Notes: generated from the sequence alone by a model not told the origin. Counted from the first letter of the stretch, positions 20,674-30,456 are shown. The stretch is 64,000 bases of DNA from Nostoc sp. (GCA_036918135.1 JBALDB010000069.1:64133-128132), one strand, 5' to 3'. Numbers and translations: made by a program.

Positions 20674-21068
20674 AAAAGATTTTTTGGTTACGGTTACGTA
20701 ATTTTCAAGCGTATCTATCTTTAAATTAATAGAAGTTAATAAATGTTTTTAGGTATTTGTTAAAAAAAATGACATTATTTTCTCTTGAAATTTAACTATA
20801 ACTTGTAATCTCAAACCTAAAGTTGATTTGCTTAATAAAACTCCACTGTTAAGTGAGAGTATTTAAGCCTTAACATGTATGAATTCTCATAAAAACAACA
20901 CTAAATATTTGTAGATTTAATTGAAATTTCCAGTAATTATATCGGAATAGTAGATTTATAAATTCTCGATAAAATACCCCATTGACTCCTTAAAAATATA
21001 GAACTACTGTTAGAAGTAGTCCTGATAAGGACAGCATTAATGCATCAATAAATCAAGAGGTATTTCCG

Positions 21069-21440
21069 ATGATGATGATGATGGCTGAAACCATGACTTC
21101 CGAAATGCAAGCTTGTATGGAAGCTTGTATGGACTGTCACAAAATGTGCATGGAAACCATGACTTACTGCATGAGCAAAGGTGGTAAGCAGATGGACAAG
21201 AGCATGATGAGCATGATGACTATGATGCGCGATTGTGCAGAAATGTGCATGATGTGTATGAACATGATGATGGGCGGTTCTGAGTTTATGGGACGTACTT
21301 GTATGCTGTGTGCAGAAATGTGCGATCGCACTGCTATGGCCTGTGAAATGATCGGCGACGATGCCAAAATGATGGAATGTGCTGCTGCTTGCCGCAAATG
21401 TGCACAAACTTGTAGATCTATGCACATGATGCCTGCATAA
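21069..21440 (+). CDS. Four-helix-bundle Cys-rich protein (DUF326/Csp-like), extremely Met-rich
   Basis: Repeated CxxxCxxCxxxC spacing; 16 Cys and 37 Met in 123 aa; gagg RBS upstream, hairpin downstream. Confidence 0.88.
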   Translation: MMMMMAETMTSEMQACMEACMDCHKMCMETMTYCMSKGGKQMDKSMMSMMTMMRDCAEMCMMCMNMMMGGSEFMGRTCMLCAEMCDRTAMACEMIGDDAKMMECAAACRKCAQTCRSMHMMPA

Positions 21441-21477
21441 TTCTCCTACTTCGCAGAAGTTTCTCTGCAACCTAATA

Positions 21478-21513
21478 TTCAAGCGCTCAGGCTCTTTGGG
21501 TCTGGGCGCTTGA
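21478..21513. terminator. Hairpin between convergent genes
   Basis: ttcaagcgctcag...ctgggcgcttgaa. Confidence 0.65.
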
Positions 21514-21582
21514 AGTAAAAACCGTTTACGATGTATTAAAGTCAGTATTTAAACCAGTGCTATTAAGATAAACGCCAAATTT

Positions 21583-24500
21583 CTAAGCTCGTCTTGCTAA
21601 ATCTGCAACGTACAACGCTAATCGATCTGGCTCGACAGGTTTAGCAACGTGCATTTGAAACCCAGCCTCAATGCTCTGTTGTTGTTCTGACTCACTTACA
21701 TAGGCAGTCAGCACAATAGCTGGAATTTGCCCTCCGGCTTCTGCACTTAGCGATCGCACTTGCCGAATCAACCAGTAGCCATCTTCCTCTGGCATTCCCA
21801 GATCGCAAATTAGCACATCGTACCGACTAGGGTTTTTACTTAGAACCGCTAGAGCTTCTCTTGCAGATGCCACAGTCAGCACTTGGGCCCCGTAGACTTC
21901 CAGCACAAATTTAACTATGTCACGGGCATCGGCTTGATCGTCAACCGCTAAAATCTGCAAACCCGACAATGAGGGGACAAAATCGCTCGCAGGATCTGGG
22001 GCGACTTCTAACGCAGTCGGCTCTGAATCGCTCGACAGTGTAAACTCTCCTTGTAGATCCCTTTTTGGCAGCCTGACGGTGAACGTTGCTCCTTGTCCTG
22101 AACCCGGACTCTCTGCTTGAATAGTGCCACCATGCAGTTCAACTAGATACTGCACGATCGATAGCCCCAGTCCCAGCCCTGGCTTCGCTTTCGTGGTGCT
22201 GGAATCTCCTTGACGAAATCGCTCAAAAATATACGGCAACAAGTCTGGCGAAATTCCTTGTCCTGTATCACTGATTTGAATTTGAGCGTGAGTTCTGTCA
22301 GATACAAGCCTAACTTCGACTCGTCCACCTTCGGGCGTAAATTTGATCGCATTCAATAAAAGATTATACAGGACTTGCTGCAAGCGATCGGCATCGCCGA
22401 CGACGATCTCAGAATTCAAGTTGGAAACGATTTGAATATTTTTTGCTTCGGCTGATAATTGCACTGTCTCGATCGCAGCTTGCACCAATAAAAGCAGATC
22501 GATGGGGCGGGTGATGAGATTGAGCTTACCGTTGACAATCCGAGAGGTATCTAAAATATCATTAATTAACTGAGATTGCGCTTTTGCACTCCGCTCAATG
22601 ATTTCTAAAGCAGTAGTTACCGTGGCTCGATCGAGTTCGCGGGTGCGTAGTATTTGTGTCCAGCCCAGCATGATGTTTAGGGGATTGCGGAGTTCATGCG
22701 AGAGGTTCGAGAGAAATTCATCTTTGGCTCGGTTAGCGGTTTCTGCCTGCTGACGAGCTAACTCTAACGTGGCGGAATGGCGTTTGAGCGCGTCAACATC
22801 CAGGAAAACCATTGTCACCCCATCAATCTGATTTTCTGTTGTGCGATAGGGGCGAATGCGGAGGGTATACCAATAGCCTGCTTGGGTTTGAATCTCCTGT
22901 TCTTTGGTGTTAAGTGTCTCCAGTACCTCTGATATCATCGATTCTAAGTTGGGAACGTCAAAATTGGTGCGGAGGTCGCTAAAAGGTCGCCCGACATCGG
23001 CAGGGATGAAATTGAAAAGTCGCTGGGCTGCGGGCGTAAAGCGGTGAATAATTAAATCATTGGTCAGCATGAGAATCGGAATACTGATGCTGTCAATAAA
23101 ATTATTCAGATCGCTATTGTCTCGGTTTTGGCGCAAGTTGCGGTTGCGAAGTTCGTCGTTGGTCGTGGAGAGTTCTTCGTTGGTGGCTTGAATCTCTTCT
23201 TTAGCCGTTTGGAGTTCTTCATTTGTGCTTTGCAACTCCTCGTTGCTCGACAGAATTTCTTCGTTCGCCACTCGCAGGCTTTGGTTGAGATAATTGTGTT
23301 CTTGAATCACCGCTTGCAGATGCGCTTGAACTGAAAATTCGCGTTGCGTCGCGGCTGCTAGCGCCTGCCGTAGCTGAATAATTTCCCGCTCTAAGCTTTC
23401 GTTTTCTGATTCTTGGCTTTGAACAGTAGCAAGGCTTAGTTGAACCGCAGGTAAAGCCGCTTCAAAAATCAGTAAGAAATAGAGAGGGTTCGCCGTAGCG
23501 GTTGCGGGTTTGAATGGAATCACTTCCAGATTCAGGAGGGTCGAGCGCTCACCCGCTTCAATGCGAATTTGCTCTTGTCGAACTGAAAGGTTTTGGGTTT
23601 GGGCTTGATAAATTGCCGTTTGCAGCACGACGGTCAATCCTTCTCTTGCCATCAGCAGCACATTTAAGTTGGTTGTGTCAGCAGGCAACTTCAGGTAGGG
23701 ATCGGCGTCTCCTCGCAGTTGCAAAATCTGCATTTGGTCATCGACTACGACAGATACAGGCGCATAGCGATTTGAGATTATTTGCTCGACTTCTCGCGCT
23801 AAATCAAAATTAGCAGCGATGGTTTCAGTTTTTCGCTGCCGCTCAACGTTCATGATGGGGTAAGAACTGGTTGTGAACGAAAACAAAGGACGGCTCAAGC
23901 TCAATTTTCTGGCATAGATTTTGAAGGTTTCGTGGACAGGCTTAAACAGGTCTGAAGAGTTTTTGACGCTTTCTGAACTACCCAACATCAGAAAGCCAGT
24001 CAAGTTGAGACTGTAGTGAAACAGGGACATAATGTATTCCTGCAACGAATCTGATAAGTAAATCAGCACGTTGCGACAGCTAATCAAGTCGAGATTCGAG
24101 AATGGCGGGTCGCTCCCCAAATTATGCCGAGCAAAGACGCACAGTTCGCGGACAGTGCTGCTAACTTGATAGCCACCGCTTGCCAATGGCACAAAAAAGC
24201 GGCTGCGGCGCTGCACTGAAATTCCTTGCAACTGAGTGTCTAAATAAAGACCTGAGCGAGCTTTCTCGATCGCAGTTTCGCTGATGTCTGTAGCAAATAT
24301 CTGAATTGGCGGAACGCTGGCGCGATCGCTAAAAAACTCTAATAGGCAAATAGCAATTGTATAAACTTCTTCACCCGTTGAACATCCCGCTACCCAAATC
24401 CGAATCGGATTGTCTGCTGATTTGTTTTGACTAATGCTAGGAAAAACCTGGGTTTTCAAGTATTCAAAGGCTTCTGGGTCGCGGAAGAAACTGGTGACGT

Positions 24501-25392
24501 GGATCAGGATGTCTTCATACAGCGCTTGCACTTCATTAGGATGCGCTTGCAAGTACTGAGCGTAGTCTTCCAGCCTATTTAACTTGTACAATAGCATCCG
24601 TCGCTGTATTCGTCGATCCAGTGTTGTCGGTTTGTAGAGGGTAAAATCAACGCCAGTTGTCGTCCGTAGCAGCGCAAAAATGGTGGTCAAAGCATCACCT
24701 GATTGAGGCAGTTGTTGGATCGGCGTTAGCGGTTCTGGGTGCAACAAAAAGGGATTATGACTAAGCTCTGCCAGTTTTTCAGCAATGGCTTCCGGCGGCA
24801 GCACAAAATCAACGTTTCCAGTGGCAACGGCAGTATTCGGCATATCGTCAAATCTAGCCGTGTTTTGGCACTGAGCAAAGGTGACGCCTCCTGCAACCTT
24901 GACGGCTTTCAGTCCTTGTGCCCCGTCTCCATCAGTACCCGATAGAACGATCGCGATCGCTTTGTTGCCCTGCTCGGCTGCCAATGAGGAGAAAAACGTA
25001 TCTCCCGTCATATATCTTCCAAAAGTTTTCTCACGGGGAGCCAAATGCAGCATTCCATTTTTTAGCGTCATCTGAGTGTTAGGCGGAATGACGTAAATTT
25101 TGTTTGGCTCAACGGTCATCTGGTCTTGTGCTTGACACACAGCCATTTCGGTCACTCTACCTAGAATTTCGGACAGCAGGCTTTCGTAGTCCGGGGATAA
25201 ATGCTGAATCAGCACAAATGCCATACCTGTATCTGTAGGTAGATGACTGATTAGCTCTGTAAATGCTTCTAGCCCACCCGCTGAAGCAGCGATGCCGACG
25301 ACAGGAAAAAGGGCATCGGGTTGACCTGGGTCAGATACAATACAAGTATTCAATCCAGATGAATTGTCTGGAGCAGGTGAGTTAGAAGTCAT
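21583..25392 (-). CDS. CheB-CheR-PAS-histidine kinase-receiver hybrid
   Basis: GIAASAGG, IQHL, GTDGDG (CheB); VTSFFRD, AGCSTGEE, SCRNVLIY (CheR); NEELQSTNEE coil; LSHELRNPL, NAIKFT, DTGQG; CDLGMP receiver. Confidence 0.93.
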   Translation of the reverse strand: MTSNSPAPDNSSGLNTCIVSDPGQPDALFPVVGIAASAGGLEAFTELISHLPTDTGMAFVLIQHLSPDYESLLSEILGRVTEMAVCQAQDQMTVEPNKIYVIPPNTQMTLKNGMLHLAPREKTFGRYMTGDTFFSSLAAEQGNKAIAIVLSGTDGDGAQGLKAVKVAGGVTFAQCQNTARFDDMPNTAVATGNVDFVLPPEAIAEKLAELSHNPFLLHPEPLTPIQQLPQSGDALTTIFALLRTTTGVDFTLYKPTTLDRRIQRRMLLYKLNRLEDYAQYLQAHPNEVQALYEDILIHVTSFFRDPEAFEYLKTQVFPSISQNKSADNPIRIWVAGCSTGEEVYTIAICLLEFFSDRASVPPIQIFATDISETAIEKARSGLYLDTQLQGISVQRRSRFFVPLASGGYQVSSTVRELCVFARHNLGSDPPFSNLDLISCRNVLIYLSDSLQEYIMSLFHYSLNLTGFLMLGSSESVKNSSDLFKPVHETFKIYARKLSLSRPLFSFTTSSYPIMNVERQRKTETIAANFDLAREVEQIISNRYAPVSVVVDDQMQILQLRGDADPYLKLPADTTNLNVLLMAREGLTVVLQTAIYQAQTQNLSVRQEQIRIEAGERSTLLNLEVIPFKPATATANPLYFLLIFEAALPAVQLSLATVQSQESENESLEREIIQLRQALAAATQREFSVQAHLQAVIQEHNYLNQSLRVANEEILSSNEELQSTNEELQTAKEEIQATNEELSTTNDELRNRNLRQNRDNSDLNNFIDSISIPILMLTNDLIIHRFTPAAQRLFNFIPADVGRPFSDLRTNFDVPNLESMISEVLETLNTKEQEIQTQAGYWYTLRIRPYRTTENQIDGVTMVFLDVDALKRHSATLELARQQAETANRAKDEFLSNLSHELRNPLNIMLGWTQILRTRELDRATVTTALEIIERSAKAQSQLINDILDTSRIVNGKLNLITRPIDLLLLVQAAIETVQLSAEAKNIQIVSNLNSEIVVGDADRLQQVLYNLLLNAIKFTPEGGRVEVRLVSDRTHAQIQISDTGQGISPDLLPYIFERFRQGDSSTTKAKPGLGLGLSIVQYLVELHGGTIQAESPGSGQGATFTVRLPKRDLQGEFTLSSDSEPTALEVAPDPASDFVPSLSGLQILAVDDQADARDIVKFVLEVYGAQVLTVASAREALAVLSKNPSRYDVLICDLGMPEEDGYWLIRQVRSLSAEAGGQIPAIVLTAYVSESEQQQSIEAGFQMHVAKPVEPDRLALYVADLARRA

Positions 25393-25559
25393 AGAAGCAC
25401 GAACGGATGGGGTTTTGTTGGGCTGGGCTGATCCTGTATTTAGGAAAATACTGTGCTAGAAGACGGGAAGCACTCTCAAGGCTCACCTTAATCTCAGACT
25501 AACTCATTGCGAGCAGCAAGGCTTGCAGTTATCGGAGTGCCAGAGGCATAAGGGCATTC

Positions 25560-25606
25560 ATCGAAGAAGACACGGGGACGCTCCGCGTCCCCGTGTCTTC
25601 TTCGAT
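25560..25606. repeat. Perfect 22-bp inverted repeat with 3-nt loop
   Basis: atcgaagaagacacggggacgc-tcc-gcgtccccgtgtcttcttcgat. Confidence 0.9.
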
Positions 25607-25754
25607 AATTCGAGAAATCGTATAGTTCATTAAATAGTATAGAAGTGCAAAAGCACATCTACCTCTTGAATCTCTTCAAAGCCACTCCTTTGAGAATCAG
25701 CATGATTTACATCGGACTCAGGACGGATGACAGATCCAAAATTGCCTCTACTTA

Positions 25755-26005
25755 GTACAGCTTTGCGTAACATCGTAACGTTTTTAATGCAAGGAGACGC
25801 ATTGGCATTGTCAGTCGATGCATTGGCATTGTTAGTCGATGCATTGGCATTGTTAGTCGATGCATTGGCATTGTTAGTCGATGCATTGGCATTATCAGTC
25901 GATGCATTGGCATTGTCAGTCGATGCATTGGCATTGTCAGTCGATGCATTGGCATTGCAGAGTATTGCCAAATTTAATTCGCTACAAATTAATGAAATGC
26001 TGTAC
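25755..26005. mobile_element. 251-bp MITE-like element, GTACAGC...GCTGTAC ends, TTA duplication
   Basis: cTTA|gtacagc at 25751-25761 and gctgtac|TTAg at 25999-26009. Confidence 0.65.
25796..25957. repeat. 21-bp tandem repeat, about 7.7 copies
   Basis: Unit gatgcattggcattgt(c/t)agtc, no spacers. Confidence 0.95.
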
Positions 26006-26098
26006 TTAGTTCGGGTGGGTGTTGTTGAGTTTAACGGAATCGCGGAAGTCCCCACCCTCAGATCCCGCAGGGTGGGGATAGGAAGCGGAGTCAGCCAA

Positions 26099-26878
26099 GA
26101 ACATCTACGGGTGGTGCGTGGGCCTCACGAGAACGGATTTCGACCCGCAATTGATGCGTTATTTCGTTCAGGCGCGATTACTTATGGCCCCAGGGTTGTG
26201 GGTGTAATTCTCACTGGCTACCTGGATGATGGTACAGTAGGTTTACAAGCGGTTAAAAAGCGGGGCAAAGTTGCCATAGTGCAAGACCCACAGGAGGCAC
26301 AATACCCCAGTATGGCAAAGAGTGCATTACAGTTTGTCAAGGTCGATTACTGCCTAACACTAGCAGAAATCCCAAACCTACTAGTCCGTTTAACTAAGGA
26401 ACCAGCAGCAGAAGAAAAAGCTTATCCAATACCAAAACAAATGGAGATCGAATCAAACATTGCTCTACAGCAAATGAATACTAAAGAGTTTTTAGAGAAT
26501 GTAGAAGAGATTGGGACTCGCACGACTTACACTTGTCCTCAATGTAATGGTAATATTTGGCAAATTAAGGACTCGAAGCCGCTGCGATTTCGCTGCCATA
26601 CCGGGCATTCTTTTACTGCCGATGTCTTGTTGAGTCAACAAACTGAGAATATTGAAAATGCCTTGTGGTCGGCTGTTCGAGCTTTAGAGGAAAAGGTAAC
26701 ATTTTCGCGTCAAATGGCTCAACAAATGAAAAGTTACAATTTGTATCAAGCATACATGAAATATGAAGATTATGCACGTAATTTAGACAAAGAGGTGTCA
26801 ATTATTCGCGGATTAATCCTCAACGGCTTTGCCACGAACCGAGACATTGTAAAGTCAACTCAAGAACAGCAGGAGTAA
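26099..26878 (+). pseudogene. 5'-truncated CheB-family methylesterase with C-terminal CPxC/CHTGH domain
   Basis: GPHENGFRPAIDALFRS, GVILTGYLDDG, VQDPQEA present; N-terminal GASAGG Ser and His motifs missing, replaced by repeat-derived sequence. Confidence 0.8.
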
Positions 26879-26953
26879 GGAGAGACTGCTCCTGTTGCGA
26901 TCGCACTTCTGATATCAGTCGTCTCCTTTTTTCCTGCTATACATCTGTGCGTT

Positions 26954-28777
26954 CTATTCCATCAAAATCAAGCGCAAAGGATCTAAACGCACATACCAAG
27001 GAAAAGGTTGGTCTTTTATACTTGCCCATTTTTCTTTAAACACTTCAGCTTGCAAATGATAATCTTGAGAATTATTAGCAGCAGAATGTAGTTTAAGAAA
27101 TAATGTCATTCGATGGGGCGTTTCACTCGTCTGTGCTAGCCAACAGGGAAAGGTGTTTTCACGGGATGAGTCATTGGTGAAGAGGATTTGATGGGCACGG
27201 ATGCCGATGTGAGACAATTCGCTATTGATTGCTTCCACGACTTGCAGGGTACAATCCCAATCAATTGCTTCTACCTGTTGCGGTGACTGAAGAATAATCT
27301 GGGAAAAATTTTTGCACCCGGTAATTTGAGCAACACCTACAGTGGTAGGACGCTCAAAAATATCGTATTTGCTACCATGATGAACGGCTCTACCATGCTC
27401 CAGTACCAATAGATTCGGGCAAAGTCGATAAGCCTCTTCCATATTATGGGTGACAAATAAAGTCACACCTTGGTAGTCAGCCAGAGTTTCTATCATTTGC
27501 TGCTCTAATTGACTACGCAGATGGGTATCGAGTGCGGAAAAAGGTTCATCCAAAAGCAGTGCTTCCGGTTGACTGGCTAATGCTCTTGCCAAAGCTACCC
27601 GTTGTTGTTGACCTCCTGAAAGTTGATGTGGATAGCGATCGCCTAATCCCTGCAACTGCACAGTTAATAATAGTTCTTCTACCTGTACTCTAATACTCGC
27701 TGGTGATAATCCTTTGGGCAAGCCAAAAGCGATATTTTGCGCCACACTCATGTGCGGAAACAGGGCGTAATTCTGCACTAAAAAACCGATGCGGCGATCG
27801 CGACTGGGTAGATTAATTCCTTTTTCCGAGTCAAACAACACTCTGCCATTTAAAACTATACGCCCTCTTGTCGGCGTTTCTATCCCCGCAATGCAGCGCA
27901 AAATCATGCTCTTACCCGCCCCCGAACTACCCAATAATCCTAAAGGCTGGTCATTAGTAGTAAAACTAACTTTTAAATCAAAGCTAGGAAGTATTTTTTC
28001 AATGTCTACAAACAATCCATGCAACTCAAAATTAGAGTCTGGTTGATAAAAAATTTCTCTCCCTGCCCCCTGCCCCCTGCCCCCTGCCCCCTGCTCCCTG
28101 CCCCCTGCTCCTCTCCTCTTCTCCCTCACTTCTTGCCAAAAGTTAACCCCAATAATTCCAGATAGAGAAATCACCATAATTACGATCGCCCAAAACCACG
28201 CTTCGTCCATTGCTCCGGCTTCTACAGCAAAGTAAATTGCCATTGGGATTGTCTGCGTTTGTCCGGGAATGTTACCAGCCAACATTAATGTTGCCCCGAA
28301 TTCTCCCAAAGCACGGGCAAAGGCAAGAGTTGTGGCAGCTAAAACACCAGGTAATGCTAGCGGTAAACTAATACGCCAAAAGATTGTAGCTTCTTTTGCA
28401 CCAAGGGTTCTGGCTACTCGCAGCAGATTTCGATCTATTTGTTCAAAGGCTCCTAGTGCAGTTTTATACATTAAGGGAAAAGAAACGACTGTGGCGGCGA
28501 TCGCTGCACCGTACCAAGTAAAAACAATCGAGAAGTCAAAAGTCTGCATGAATTTTCCTACAGGGCCATTTTTGCCAAAAAATAGCAGCAATAAGAAACC
28601 TACAACTGTCGGCGGTAAAATTAGAGGAGCAATAAAGATACCCTCAATCAACGATTTCCCTTTGCCACGATATCCCAGCATCCAGTAGGCAGCAGCAATG
28701 CCCAAGAAGAAAGTAATAAATGTGGCAAGTAATGAAGTTTTAAGTGATATCCAAAGGGGCGATAAATCCAATGGCAT
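26954..28777 (-). CDS. modB: Fused molybdate ABC transporter permease/ATPase (ModBC)
   Basis: LPPTVVG, ARALGEFGAT permease; GSSGAGKS, LSGGQQQR, LLLDEP ATPase. Confidence 0.93.
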   Translation of the reverse strand: MPLDLSPLWISLKTSLLATFITFFLGIAAAYWMLGYRGKGKSLIEGIFIAPLILPPTVVGFLLLLFFGKNGPVGKFMQTFDFSIVFTWYGAAIAATVVSFPLMYKTALGAFEQIDRNLLRVARTLGAKEATIFWRISLPLALPGVLAATTLAFARALGEFGATLMLAGNIPGQTQTIPMAIYFAVEAGAMDEAWFWAIVIMVISLSGIIGVNFWQEVREKRRGAGGREQGAGGRGQGAGREIFYQPDSNFELHGLFVDIEKILPSFDLKVSFTTNDQPLGLLGSSGAGKSMILRCIAGIETPTRGRIVLNGRVLFDSEKGINLPSRDRRIGFLVQNYALFPHMSVAQNIAFGLPKGLSPASIRVQVEELLLTVQLQGLGDRYPHQLSGGQQQRVALARALASQPEALLLDEPFSALDTHLRSQLEQQMIETLADYQGVTLFVTHNMEEAYRLCPNLLVLEHGRAVHHGSKYDIFERPTTVGVAQITGCKNFSQIILQSPQQVEAIDWDCTLQVVEAINSELSHIGIRAHQILFTNDSSRENTFPCWLAQTSETPHRMTLFLKLHSAANNSQDYHLQAEVFKEKWASIKDQPFPWYVRLDPLRLILME

Positions 28778-29045
28778 AGTTGCGTCAGGAGAAATTAGCT
28801 CAACTAATCCCTAATTTACCAACTTTAATTTCAAAAAGTTGGTACAACTTGGTAAATTACATCACAAACAGTGAAGGAAATTAAGGAAATCCGAAAAACA
28901 GAATATTCTTATTGGAATATATGTCAGGAATATTACATATATCTTGTGTTATGCGGTCTAGAGCGGAGTTTTTAACTCCAATCGCGACTAAAAAAATGTG
29001 ACACTTGGCGCCAGTCTTAAAAAAATTGTAAGAGGACATTAATTT

Positions 29046-30143
29046 ATGGCTATCTATGGCACTTCTGGTAATGACAACTTAAACGGTACTGAATCTGCTG
29101 ATATCTCGATTTTTGGCTATGCAGGCAACGATATTATTTATGGCAGAGGCGGAGGTGACATAATCGATGCTGGAGAGGGAGATGACTATGTTTATGGTGG
29201 TGAGGGCGGCGATACCATCCTCGGCCGCGCAGGCAAAGATTACCTCTTCGGAGAGAACGGCAATGATGTTATTTTTGCTGAAGCTGGTGATGACTTTATC
29301 TGGGGTGGCGCAGGCACTGATACTTTATTGGGAGGAACAGGCAATGATACCTACCTCATTTCTGCATTGACAGGAGATACAGCTGATACCATTACTGAAT
29401 TAAATAACGAAGGTACTGACACGGTTTTATCTTATACTAGCTACATTCTAGGGGCTAACCTAGAAAATTTGACATTATTATACGCAGATACTGCTTACTA
29501 TGGCTTCGGCAACACCCTCAACAATGAGATTATAGGAAATGATTACTCAAACTATCTGAGTGGTTTGGGAGGAAACGATTATCTCCAAGGTAAGGGCGGA
29601 AACGATTATATCTACGGTGGTGATGGCGTTGATAACCTAATTGGTGGGGCTGGTAATGACTCACTTTATGGTGGGACGGGTGGTGATATACTCTTCGGTG
29701 ACGAAATTGCCAATGATAGCAGCACCCCTGCAAATGACTACCTGAGTGGTGAAGATGGTAACGATCTGCTGTACGGGGGACATGGAAATGACACAATGAT
29801 TGGTGGTGCAGGCAATGATTTCTTCAGTGGCTACGGTGGTAGTAGTGGCGAAATCGACAGGTATACTGGCGGTGCTGGGGCAGATACATTTAGCCTTGGT
29901 TACAACGGTTCTTTTACTAATATCGACTATTTGGGCAGTGGATATGCCATCATCACAGACTTTAAGTGGTTGGAAGGTGACAAGATTAGAGTTGGCGGTA
30001 GCATTAGTGATTACACTCTTCAAAAAACCTCGAATTTCAGCGGTAGTGCAGCCTTAGATACCCTGATCTACAGATATGGTGACCTAATTGCTGTTGTGCA
30101 AGATACTACGAACGTGTTTGCCTCTTTAGACTTTGTTGCCTAA
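29046..30143 (+). CDS. RTX/hemolysin-type calcium-binding repeat protein
   Basis: Many GGxGxDxLx nonapeptides; C-terminal YAIITDF. Confidence 0.92.
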   Translation: MAIYGTSGNDNLNGTESADISIFGYAGNDIIYGRGGGDIIDAGEGDDYVYGGEGGDTILGRAGKDYLFGENGNDVIFAEAGDDFIWGGAGTDTLLGGTGNDTYLISALTGDTADTITELNNEGTDTVLSYTSYILGANLENLTLLYADTAYYGFGNTLNNEIIGNDYSNYLSGLGGNDYLQGKGGNDYIYGGDGVDNLIGGAGNDSLYGGTGGDILFGDEIANDSSTPANDYLSGEDGNDLLYGGHGNDTMIGGAGNDFFSGYGGSSGEIDRYTGGAGADTFSLGYNGSFTNIDYLGSGYAIITDFKWLEGDKIRVGGSISDYTLQKTSNFSGSAALDTLIYRYGDLIAVVQDTTNVFASLDFVA

Positions 30144-30456
30144 TTAATTTATTGTACGGATTGCAAAGTTTGTCTTAACTGATTATTTGAAGAGGGCGAG
30201 GAAGTGCGGGGTTAAAGGCAAACTCTCCCACAACATCACAGGAAGCATCTTTGACAATTCACAATTGGTGAATCAATACAAAGTTAAGAAAATAGGAAGT
30301 TGGGTTTATCGTGTGAAAACCCAACAAAGCTGTCAAATTCTAGTTATCGAACTCGCGTTAAAGTGTGTTAGACAAAAATATCTAGCGCACTTTACTACAA
30401 AACAGACATAAGCAGGCGCACCAATGATTTAGCTTGGCAGTGCGATCGCATCTCAA

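Noticed and set aside
21045..21482. His-rich 145-aa minus-strand ORF
   Set aside because: Antisense shadow of the Met-rich gene (ATG reads CAT); the plus strand has the RBS, Cys pattern and downstream hairpin
25796..25957. CRISPR array
   Set aside because: 21-bp units are contiguous with no unique spacers, and no cas genes are present
25630..26055. Minus-strand ORFs with NANAST or MPMHRL repeats as real proteins
   Set aside because: Open frames are a by-product of a stop-free 21-bp repeat
29046..30143. Pore-forming RTX toxin
   Set aside because: Only Ca-binding repeats; no toxin domain, activator or type I secretion genes adjacent
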